From contig OZ253438.1 of the NCBI GenBank assembly GCA_965261025.1, positions 840,001 to 872,000 on the forward strand: 32,000 nucleotides of DNA. Direction: 5' to 3'. Below are positions 1 through 7,574 of the stretch, piece after piece (the first letter of the stretch is position 1; the number at the start of each line of letters is the position of its first letter). Origin of the DNA: Chlamydiales bacterium (GTDB lineage: Bacteria; Chlamydiota; Chlamydiia; Chlamydiales; SM23-39). The position numbers were made by a program, and so were the translations under genes. Below the pieces are notes generated by a model. That model did not search any database. It was given only the letters and a program-made list of their open reading frames with translations, and was not told where the DNA came from.

Positions 1-1
1 C

Positions 2-178
2 CAAGAAGCTATTACCTTAAAAGAACTGGAAGAAAGATCTATTTTAGAAAGGCTAAAAAAATTGGATAACCACAGGGAAAATACCGCAAAATCCCTGGGA
101 ATTAGCCCTAGAACTCTTCGAAACAAGCTACAAGAGTATGAAAGAAAATCTCTTTCCCAAAAAAGTCTATTAAACTGA
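2..178 (+). CDS. 3' end of a sigma-54-dependent (NtrC/AtoC-family) transcriptional activator: C-terminal Fis-type HTH domain. The CDS begins upstream of the window.
   Basis: Frame 2 is open from the window edge and reads QEAITLKELEERSILERLKKLDNHRENTAKSLGISPRTLRNKLQEYERKSLSQKSLLN*, with TGA at 176-178. The N-x4-AKxLGISxRTLxxKLxxY pattern is the HTH_8/Fis-type helix-turn-helix that ends bacterial enhancer-binding proteins. Confidence 0.7.
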   Translation, partial: QEAITLKELEERSILERLKKLDNHRENTAKSLGISPRTLRNKLQEYERKSLSQKSLLN

Positions 179-387
179 ATTTATGAGTAAAATCTTGTTG
201 TGCTAAAGCTCCCACTGAGAACTGTATAGCTGGATGATTTGTAATATATTGTTAATAAAAGAGTTATAAAAATAATATCTATCTTAAGTAAGCTAAAGTA
301 AGAGGAAATAAGTACTAGACTAAACTATAGAAGTTTCCTACAAAATCTCAGAAAGATCCTTTAAAGCAAGTATGATAGAATGCATGC

Positions 388-2028
388 ATGAGACTATACA
401 CAGCACTATTTTCCTCTTTTTCCTTAAAGCCCACTACCCCGTTAGAAGTTGTGGAAAGCTCTCTTTCGAAAAAAGTTGTTTCTTCTGCGATAGTAGCTTT
501 TGCTTTGTTGGCTTTAGTGGTATACAGACTTACCCAGACAACTAGATCTAAGAGTAGGCCCCTTCTAAAAGCTTCCAGTTCCTTTGAAAAAATTTTAAAA
601 AACCTAAAACTAAGTCTAGTTCCCTCTATCTTCAAAGATCAAACTGATCCTAGAGAATATGTAAAGCAAGCCTTGAACAGGTTTCAAGAGCGGCAAAAAA
701 AGAGAATTTTAGCAGCCTGGAAGCAACTTCAAAATTCCTCAAGAAAACCTTCCCTTAAGGCTTTATCTGCTGCCTTTTACTTCTTGCAAGAAAACCCTGT
801 ACCAGAGGCACTAATATGCCGGACTTTTGTATTTCTCGTAGTTCACTACACCTTTTACGAAGATGCACCTTCTAAGGATTTTTACCAGTTTTTATTTAGA
901 ATACCAGTAGAACCTTTGATGGTTGTGTACGAAAAACTCGTTGAAGCTGAAAAGACCCAGAACTCCTATTTATTATTCTTCCCAGATGAGCACTACGAAA
1001 ACTTTTTTCCAGATAGCACCAGACAAATCCCAAATTATCCCTACTTAGCTCTTTCCCTTTTTAGGCAAGGCAAAATAGAAGTTGCCCTGCTAGCTACGAT
1101 ATGGCACTTGAAAAATATGGAAAATCTCTTTCAAGAGCATACTCAAGAAATTATCCGATGTAGTACCGATCAAGCTAAGGACTCCATAATAAATTCTTCT
1201 GGGTTGGTAAGTTGGGAAAACCCTGCAGTAAAAAACACAATGGATATGGCTTTATTAAACTCTCTACCTAAATATCCTGTATGGATACTACAACCTAAAC
1301 AACCGATTTATTTCTGTAAGGAAAAGGATGCTATGTTTTGTGAAATGCTCCGAAATGGATTCGTAAAGGCCCTTTTTTTGGCAACGGATATCCAGAAAAC
1401 TCAAGACATTTGCCTCTTTTCCTCTGCTATCATAGCTAAAACTCAAAAGAGTCCTTCACGGCAAATCTCGAACGCCTCTTCTATTTTACTTCTAGATTTT
1501 TCCCGGGCTTTTTCGCTTCGAAGCCAAGTTCTTAATTCTCCTTCCCTTCTACCTTACTTCTCTGCTGGCATTCTTTATCCAGAAGACATGGTGAGGGACT
1601 ATATAGAAAAGAAAAGAGGATTTACGGTTTCTCCTCCGGATATTCCTGCTAATTTACTAAAAACGGATCAGGCAGACAAAATGGCTACCACCTCTTTTAG
1701 CTTTACTGTACATGATTTATATCACCTTGCATGCATTTGGACTATACAACCTAATGTTCACCAAAAAGTTCGAAACCTAATAGGGGCCGTCCAAAAAGCA
1801 AATCTATCAGAAGAGACAAAGTCCACTATTATTGCTGGACTTATAGACTTTGATATTCCAGAGCTTGTTTGTCTCTCAAAAATTAGCGAATCCTATCAAG
1901 AAAACTGTCTCATTAAAAATATAAAAGGCATGTTGTCGGCTGAGTTCAATGATGGCTGTGTAAATTCGTCGACTGAGCTACCTCAGATTAAGAAAATCCT
2001 TCATCACTACTTAGGCTCTTTTCTATAA
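388..2028 (+). CDS. Hypothetical membrane-anchored protein (546 aa) with no recognisable domain
   Basis: Long uninterrupted ORF. It has one N-terminal hydrophobic helix (VVSSAIVAFALLALVVYRL) followed by a basic stretch. I recognise no catalytic motif. Its 3' end overlaps the convergent DUF115 gene by 41 nt. Confidence 0.6.
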   Translation: MRLYTALFSSFSLKPTTPLEVVESSLSKKVVSSAIVAFALLALVVYRLTQTTRSKSRPLLKASSSFEKILKNLKLSLVPSIFKDQTDPREYVKQALNRFQERQKKRILAAWKQLQNSSRKPSLKALSAAFYFLQENPVPEALICRTFVFLVVHYTFYEDAPSKDFYQFLFRIPVEPLMVVYEKLVEAEKTQNSYLLFFPDEHYENFFPDSTRQIPNYPYLALSLFRQGKIEVALLATIWHLKNMENLFQEHTQEIIRCSTDQAKDSIINSSGLVSWENPAVKNTMDMALLNSLPKYPVWILQPKQPIYFCKEKDAMFCEMLRNGFVKALFLATDIQKTQDICLFSSAIIAKTQKSPSRQISNASSILLLDFSRAFSLRSQVLNSPSLLPYFSAGILYPEDMVRDYIEKKRGFTVSPPDIPANLLKTDQADKMATTSFSFTVHDLYHLACIWTIQPNVHQKVRNLIGAVQKANLSEETKSTIIAGLIDFDIPELVCLSKISESYQENCLIKNIKGMLSAEFNDGCVNSSTELPQIKKILHHYLGSFL

Positions 2029-3553
2029 GAGCTATCTGCTTTTCTGCCTTTTCCTGAATAAAAATGAGCTTTTGTAACCAGTTATGCAAAAAAAGAGGTA
2101 CTTCCTTGTCTTTTTCTCGTAAAAAAGCCTCCTTCCAATTGAGCCATAAAGGATCGAGATACTCTACATACGCAATCTCTTTTTTCCAGGCTTTTTCTAA
2201 AAGATAGTCTGGAAAATGCCTTCTTTTCAAAAGCCTTACAAAATGCTTTTCTAGAAAAGAGAAGAGCCTCTTTCCGTGCTCCAAGCAATGGTTGAAACTT
2301 TTCTTTAAAAAAACTAGCTCCTCTTTTTTTTCCGATACAGAAACCCTATAGGAAGGAAAAGAAGCTATTTTCCTCTTTATATCCCCTTCTTTTATAAAAG
2401 TGTCTTGCAAGAACTTCTCAGAAAGTTTTTCCAGGGAAACCTCTTCTACTCCTGTAAAAGAAATCCCCCCCGAAGAGGCATTATAAATCCTTCCAGGGTT
2501 TTCTTCTGCTACTTTTTCTACCCATTTAGCAGCTAATAGAAAATCTTTCTTGGTAAAAAGAGTTTTCCCCTCTTTACTTTTGAAAGGGATAAGTTCTTCT
2601 TTTCTATGCTCTTTTTTATGCGCGTAGTAGCCACTAGAGGAAAAAGCAAAATCTAATCCTACCAAGATAATAGGATCACATCCCATATGAAGCATCTGAG
2701 AAAGAAAAAAAGTAGCTACATTCCAGCCACTGTCTGTAAATTCAGGGATTTCCAAAGCTTTATAAAGTCTATTTTGTAAAGGGTAAAAAGGGTGATCAGA
2801 AACCATTACTTTTCTAAAGAAAGATTTTTGCACAATCTGGGGATTTGATCTTAGCTGAAAAAAAAGAGGCACTTCCATTAAGGGGGTTTTTTCAAAGCAA
2901 GAAGAGGGGGCCTGTTTATCTACAGAAGAGACGAAGTGCGGTCTTATAGAAAAGTCTTGCAAAGCCTCAAAAGCAGTTCCTGCTGCAAAAAAAAGCGCTT
3001 TTTCTTGTAGATTTTGTAAAAGTTTTTTGTTTCTTTTTAGACTAGTTCCTGCGCCTAGCAAAAAAGCAGGCATCCCAGAAAAAGCTCCCTTATAATCAGA
3101 GACTTTTTGATACTCTTGTAGATGCAAAAAATTAGAGTACACATTTTCATAAAAAAGATCCATCTCATTTAACTCAGAAGCTACCATATCAAGCCCTAGA
3201 GAAAGCTCTTCAAAACTTTCCTTTACTAGAAGATAGGAAGCCTGTTTCTGATACGAAGCGCTAGTAAAAAGCTGCTTTTTTAAAAGAACAAACTCCCAAA
3301 AAAAAGCCTTCAATCTCTCTTTTTTTTCTAAAGGAGAAGAAAAAATATGAAATCTTACTTGATCTTGTTCTAAAAGCTTTTCTAAAGAAGGATCCTTACA
3401 AAATCCTTCTTCTTCTAAGATTACTAAGTAGCGCCCCTTTTGTACGAGCCATCTTCTTAAAAAAGAAAAAAAAGAAGGATCCCATTTATATACGAAAAAA
3501 ACCTCTGTTTCAGGGTAAGTCTGGATTGGCTCTGTAGAAGCTTTCATAAGCAC
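1988..3553 (-). CDS. DUF115 / MptE-like (Maf-type putative glycosyltransferase) family protein
   Basis: The 521-aa ORF carries the two DUF115 signatures. One is MPAFLLGAGTSLKRN...FFAAGTAFEALQDFSIRPHFVSSVD, a GxGxS nucleotide-binding loop followed by a ...PDF/HF..S.D motif. The other is MGCDPIILVGLDFAFS, matching the I.L.GxDxA motif. Its start overlaps the upstream gene's stop by 10 nt. Confidence 0.55.
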   Translation of the reverse strand: MLMKASTEPIQTYPETEVFFVYKWDPSFFSFLRRWLVQKGRYLVILEEEGFCKDPSLEKLLEQDQVRFHIFSSPLEKKERLKAFFWEFVLLKKQLFTSASYQKQASYLLVKESFEELSLGLDMVASELNEMDLFYENVYSNFLHLQEYQKVSDYKGAFSGMPAFLLGAGTSLKRNKKLLQNLQEKALFFAAGTAFEALQDFSIRPHFVSSVDKQAPSSCFEKTPLMEVPLFFQLRSNPQIVQKSFFRKVMVSDHPFYPLQNRLYKALEIPEFTDSGWNVATFFLSQMLHMGCDPIILVGLDFAFSSSGYYAHKKEHRKEELIPFKSKEGKTLFTKKDFLLAAKWVEKVAEENPGRIYNASSGGISFTGVEEVSLEKLSEKFLQDTFIKEGDIKRKIASFPSYRVSVSEKKEELVFLKKSFNHCLEHGKRLFSFLEKHFVRLLKRRHFPDYLLEKAWKKEIAYVEYLDPLWLNWKEAFLREKDKEVPLFLHNWLQKLIFIQEKAEKQIALIEKSLSSDEGFS

Positions 3554-3969
3554 TCATCTAAAAGCTCTTGGTAGGTAGGAAGAAAAGGAAGCTTTTCTAG
3601 TTTTTCCTCTTTAAAAAAAAAGGTAAAAATCCCTTTTTCATCTGCTAGGGCAAAAAAAGGAGCGTTCATTTTTTTATTATATCCTAAAAGCTGGGTAAAG
3701 TCTTTACGTAAGGAGATTTTTTTTTTGCATTCTATAAGCAAAAGAACTGAAGAGATTTTTGGAGAATAACAGACAATATCAAATCTCCTATAATTCTTCT
3801 CTTGCTGAAGAAAAGAATCGCAAAGCGTTGTAACCTTGCGCTCAACCCCTATATGACTTTTGGGAAAACCCTTCTTTTTCACCATGAAATGAAGAAGATT
3901 TTGCCTCACCTTTTCCTCAGCAGTAGCTTCAAGCCATTTCTTGCGAAAATCATCAAAAAGAAGGTTCAT
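3544..3969 (-). CDS. HsdR_N-like (type I restriction enzyme R-protein N-terminal, PD-(D/E)xK-fold) small protein
   Basis: The 141-aa ORF reads EEKVRQNLLHFMVKKKGFPKSHIGVE...RFDIVCY...LLLIECKK. This matches the EE.vR......L...gy......E......R.Dlv.......v.vEcK layout of stand-alone HsdR_N proteins. It has an ATGA overlap with the hpf stop. Confidence 0.55.
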   Translation of the reverse strand: MNLLFDDFRKKWLEATAEEKVRQNLLHFMVKKKGFPKSHIGVERKVTTLCDSFLQQEKNYRRFDIVCYSPKISSVLLLIECKKKISLRKDFTQLLGYNKKMNAPFFALADEKGIFTFFFKEEKLEKLPFLPTYQELLDECL

Positions 3970-4592
3970 TTTTCCACTTCAATCACACCAAAATTACCGT
4001 CTTCTCTTCTATAAATCACTTTCAGTTTTTGATCTTCCTCTCCCTTATAAACCAAAAAAGATTCTCCTGAAAGCTCCATTTTCATGATAGCTTCTTCCTG
4101 TGTAAACATACGAACTGCCATTTTTTCTGCACTAACTACCTTGTGAAATTCGTATGTCTGCATTTCTTTACGCCAATTTTCTGCTTCAATCTCTGTATTG
4201 ATCTCAGAGAGTTCATCTCTTTGCGGTTGGAGTACATTTACCTTTAAGTCAATAGAACCCAGATTGGCAACATGCTTTTGCTGTAGCTTTTCTTTATACT
4301 TAGAAATTAAACGAAGAAGCTTATCCGTTGCTTTGTCAATAGCAGAATAAAGATCATTGGTAGAGGCATGCGCCTTTATGGAAAAATGGAAAAACTTCAT
4401 AAAAAAGGAAGCGGTATGCTCTAGCTTTTGCACATCTAACGTAACTTGAATTTCCAAAATATTTTTAGAAAACCGCTCAATCTTTGAAAGCTTCTCTAAC
4501 ACATATTCTTGAATGGGCCCGGTAACTTGAAGATTTTTTCCTACAAGGGAAATAGTATATCCTTCCGTTTCAAAAACATGACCTTTCTGCAT
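3966..4592 (-). CDS. hpf: Ribosome hibernation promoting factor, long form (S30AE / sigma-54 modulation protein family)
   Basis: The N-terminal S30AE domain reads ISLVGKNLQVTGPIQEYVLEKLSKIERF...LYSAIDKATDKL. The C-terminal dimerisation domain reads MFTQEEAIMKMELSGESFLVYKGEEDQKLKVIYRREDGNFGVIE. A GGAGG Shine-Dalgarno lies 5 nt upstream of the ATG. Confidence 0.9.
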   Translation of the reverse strand: MQKGHVFETEGYTISLVGKNLQVTGPIQEYVLEKLSKIERFSKNILEIQVTLDVQKLEHTASFFMKFFHFSIKAHASTNDLYSAIDKATDKLLRLISKYKEKLQQKHVANLGSIDLKVNVLQPQRDELSEINTEIEAENWRKEMQTYEFHKVVSAEKMAVRMFTQEEAIMKMELSGESFLVYKGEEDQKLKVIYRREDGNFGVIEVEK

Positions 4593-4660
4593 AAACTCCT
4601 CTAAATTTTTCCGCTAAATGCTATCTCAGCTCTGCCCTTTTCGTTCAAGAAAACAGAATT

Positions 4661-4734
4661 CGCACCGAAGAGGACTCGAACCTCTAACCACTTGGTCCGA
4701 AGCCAAGTACTCTATCCAATTGAGCTATCGGTGC
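4661..4734 (-). tRNA. tRNA-Arg (anticodon UCG)
   Basis: The reverse complement is GCACCGA TA GCTC AATTGGATA GAGT A CTTGG CTTCGGA CCAAG TGGTT AGAGG TTCGAGT CCTCT TCGGTGC G. This folds into a full cloverleaf with a 7-bp acceptor stem, a TTCGAGT T-loop and the anticodon loop C-T-TCG-G-A. CCA is not encoded. Confidence 0.9.
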
Positions 4735-4841
4735 ACCTTAAAGCTGAAGGGGAGTATAGGGAAAAGAAAAAAATCTGTCTATTATCCTTTCTAAAAAAAG
4801 AGTTTTTCCAGAAAATGCGATTAACTCTGCTATATTTTGTT

Positions 4842-5489
4842 ATGCTTTATAAAAAAACAGAAGGGGTTATTCTCAAAATAGTTCCCTATTTGGATTCTGC
4901 TAAAATTATAAAAATCTTTACCAAAGACTTGGGAATTATTTCCGTCTGGGATAAGAAGAAAAAACCCTGTTTTTCCCTTTCTCCTCTAGTCCATGCTGAA
5001 TTTTCTTTGAAAAAAAAAGAAACTTCAGATTTTTTTTTCTTACAAGATCATACCTTTCTGTCTGCTTTTGAAGGAATTCGCAGAGAGCTCTCTCTTATTA
5101 AGGCCTTTTCTCACATGGCTAAAGGAATTTTCTTTTTACAAAGGGAAGATTCCCAATTATTTTCTCTGTTTTTATTTCTTCTAAAAAAGCTAGAGAAAGG
5201 AAAAAATCCTTCCGCTATTATAGCTAGTTTCTATATAAAAATGCTCCATCATGAAGGTCTTCTCCATTTAAATAAAACTTGCCTACGGTGTGAAAACAAA
5301 GCCAGTTCTTTACACAAAGGCGAGAGCCTATGCAAAAGCCATTCCCCTAACGCTGGCTTCTCTCATTCTGACTGGCAGGCCTTATTCACGCTTCTTTCTG
5401 CTAAACAGTTTTCCGAGATAGAATCCCTTTTCCTTTCTGAAGGAGCCCTTTCCCAAATACTTCTTCTACTCCAAGAAAGCACACAATAG
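4842..5489 (+). CDS. recO: DNA repair protein RecO
   Basis: From the internal ATG at 4842 the protein starts MLYKKTEGVILKIVPYLDSAKIIKIFTKDLGIISV, a typical RecO OB-fold N-terminus. It has a C-terminal Cys cluster (CLRCENK...CKSH). The longer ORF-track start at 4692 would run through the tRNA-Arg gene, so I rejected it. Confidence 0.8.
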   Translation: MLYKKTEGVILKIVPYLDSAKIIKIFTKDLGIISVWDKKKKPCFSLSPLVHAEFSLKKKETSDFFFLQDHTFLSAFEGIRRELSLIKAFSHMAKGIFFLQREDSQLFSLFLFLLKKLEKGKNPSAIIASFYIKMLHHEGLLHLNKTCLRCENKASSLHKGESLCKSHSPNAGFSHSDWQALFTLLSAKQFSEIESLFLSEGALSQILLLLQESTQ

Positions 5490-5526
5490 CACAAGATGCG
5501 CTAAAAAACGGGGGCTTCAAGTGATA

Positions 5527-5610
5527 TGCGAAAGAGGGGACTCGAACCCCTATGAGATTTCTCTCACTACCCCCTCAAAGTAGCGTGTCTACCAGTTCCA
5601 CCACTTCCGC
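5527..5610 (-). tRNA. tRNA-Leu (anticodon GAG), class II with long variable arm
   Basis: The reverse complement is GCGGAAG TG GTGG AACTGGTAGA CAC G CTACT TTGAGGG GGTAG TGAGAGAAATCTCAT AGGGG TTCGAGT CCCCT CTTTCGC A. It is 84 nt with anticodon loop T-T-GAG-G-G. G37 is typical of CUN Leu tRNAs. Confidence 0.9.
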
Positions 5611-5657
5611 AAAAAATAAGAAAAACGAAAGGGCAGAGCTTATCTTGGCAGAACAAA

Positions 5658-7268
5658 TTAAAGCAAGTCTTCTTGAGAATTTTCCTCTAGGGAAAAGGCT
5701 TCTGTTTGAGCAAACTCCTCCAACCAGTCTTCGCAAGATAAGGGCTTTTTTAAGCAAGAAGTTATTAGATCAGACCAAGAAAGAGCAGCTCCTTTAGAAA
5801 ACAACTCTTGCTCTAAAAAAGTTTTGGTATAAGGAGTAAATAAACTTCCTGCTTTTTCTTTAATTTTTTTTTGTAAAGAAGAAGCAAAAAACTCTCCTAA
5901 GAGATAGCTAAAATAATAGACAGGAGCAAGACCTATATGATACTTAGCAGCCCAATCACAAGCCTTTTCCCTATTTGCAGGCCTTTTCACTTTCTGAAAA
6001 GCCTCCACATATTTCCACCAAAGCGCATTTAAATCCTGATCAGGATTTTGGTATAGATCTCTTTCAAAGTATGTCATTACTAAAACCCATCTACTGAAGA
6101 TAAGTTCCCTTCTTTTCAAGCTTTCCTCAGCAAAAATGGCTTGTTCTGAAGAAGCTCTATGTTTCGTCAAAAACTCGGATAGATAAGCTTGCCTTCCACA
6201 CAAAAGAGCCATGGCCTCTGTTGGAATCATGTGAGGAGGTTGCCTTAAAAGCCAGGGAAGCTCTTTAGAAAAAAGCTGTTCATAAACCCCGTGACCTAGT
6301 TCGTGGAGAAGGGTCTCCATCCAGCGCATTGAAGGAAGTAAGTTATTCAAGGTGCGAATATCTTCTTTTCTATCTATGTTTACACAGAAAGCATGCTGGT
6401 TTTTTCCTTCTCTTTCATAAAGATCACTATTTTCCAAAAGGATTCCTACTTCCGAAAATCCCATGTCAGAAAAAAAGCTTTTTGCTGCCATTTCCATATC
6501 AATTTTCTTAACAAATTTATCTAATTCGGCCATTTCAAGAGGATCTTCCTGGCAAAAGGGATCGCTAAAAGCCCAGGGGCCTATTTCAGAAGGGGTTACT
6601 TGAAATTTTTGACAAAGCTCTTTTTCTATCTTTTCTACGAGTTTGTCATAGGCACCTTTAGAACTTGTAGAAAGCTCTTTTAGAAGGGAAAAAAGCGCTT
6701 TTTCTTCCACTTCTTGTAAGTCAAGCTGCAGGGAAAAATAATTTTTATATCCCAATTTTTCTGCTGCTTCATTTCTGTATTTGACAAGCTCTACAATCTT
6801 AGGGGCCAGTCTAGCCCCAATTTCTTTGGAAACTTCCCAAGTCTTTTTTCGAAAGGAAACTTCTCTTTCATTTTTTAAAATTTCTCGTATTTCATTTTCG
6901 CTTACCTTTTTTCCCTGTATCTTCGGACGAAAAGAGGCATACTCCAAGGCAATTTCACTTTCTTTTTCCGCTATTTTTTGCAACAGAGCCAAAGGAAGCT
7001 GATTTTCTTTAAAAGAGCGAAGTAAAATATCTACCATCCTTCTCTCTAAAGGATCTTTTACCTGCTCCTGAAAAAAAAGAAGCTTTTCATAGGTCTTTGC
7101 GTCACTTAAAAGAGTTTTAAGCTGCATATCTAAAAAAGTCTTTATTTCAGCTGCATCTTTACTCCCCGTTGTTTCTAAAAGCCAGAAAGCCTGGTTTACT
7201 ACTTTAGAAATTCCGGCAAATTTTGGCTGCCAAGATGCCAAAAAATCGTTCCATGGCGTATCCTGCAT
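5658..7268 (-). CDS. M3-family zinc metallopeptidase (oligoendopeptidase F-like)
   Basis: The 536-aa ORF has the HExxH zinc site [12 protein letters not shown]. It is preceded by [17 protein letters not shown]...IRTLNNL, which fits the M3B pattern dl..R.gK..gAfc....ril.N. An AGGAGG SD lies upstream. Confidence 0.7.
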   Translation of the reverse strand: MQDTPWNDFLASWQPKFAGISKVVNQAFWLLETTGSKDAAEIKTFLDMQLKTLLSDAKTYEKLLFFQEQVKDPLERRMVDILLRSFKENQLPLALLQKIAEKESEIALEYASFRPKIQGKKVSENEIREILKNEREVSFRKKTWEVSKEIGARLAPKIVELVKYRNEAAEKLGYKNYFSLQLDLQEVEEKALFSLLKELSTSSKGAYDKLVEKIEKELCQKFQVTPSEIGPWAFSDPFCQEDPLEMAELDKFVKKIDMEMAAKSFFSDMGFSEVGILLENSDLYEREGKNQHAFCVNIDRKEDIRTLNNLLPSMRWMETLLHELGHGVYEQLFSKELPWLLRQPPHMIPTEAMALLCGRQAYLSEFLTKHRASSEQAIFAEESLKRRELIFSRWVLVMTYFERDLYQNPDQDLNALWWKYVEAFQKVKRPANREKACDWAAKYHIGLAPVYYFSYLLGEFFASSLQKKIKEKAGSLFTPYTKTFLEQELFSKGAALSWSDLITSCLKKPLSCEDWLEEFAQTEAFSLEENSQEDLL

Positions 7269-7292
7269 AGAAACCTCCTTGAAAAATCTTCT

Positions 7293-7499
7293 ATGAAACT
7301 GTTTTTACTCTTTATTCATCTCTATCAAAAATATCTTTCTCCTCTTCTAGGCTCTAACTGTAGGTTCTCTCCGACCTGTTCCCAGTATACCAAAGAAGCC
7401 TTGGAAAAATACGGCCTTTTCAAAGGACTTTACCTATCGATAAAAAGACTTCTAAAATGCAACCCCTTCCATAAAGGAGGAAACGACCCCATTCCTTAA
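7293..7499 (+). CDS. yidD: Membrane protein insertion efficiency factor YidD
   Basis: The 68-aa ORF reads [62 protein letters not shown]. This is the full YidD signature, CRF.PTCS.Y...A....G...G......R...C.P...GG.DP.P. Confidence 0.9.
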   Translation: MKLFLLFIHLYQKYLSPLLGSNCRFSPTCSQYTKEALEKYGLFKGLYLSIKRLLKCNPFHKGGNDPIP

Positions 7500-7574
7500 G
7501 AAAAAGCACTAAAAGATTCCCTTCCTTCTATCACGAAAATAGGTTAAATTAGGCAAAGAAAAAAGAGATTTTTT

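Noticed and set aside
4692-4841. The 5' extension of the recO ORF as listed in the ORF track (start 4692)
   Set aside because: It runs antisense through the tRNA-Arg(UCG) gene (4661-4734). The RecO-like sequence only begins at the ATG at 4842 (MLYKKTEGVIL...).
7224-7238. A weak sigma-54-like element, TGGCTG-CCAAG-ATGC, about 55 nt upstream of yidD
   Set aside because: The GG/GC spacing is right, but both half-sites deviate from consensus (CTG instead of CAC, ATGC instead of TTGC). It also lies inside the pepF-like coding sequence, so it is probably a chance match. The pepF-like and yidD start codons are only 24 bp apart, so real promoters must lie inside coding sequence. I cannot place them.
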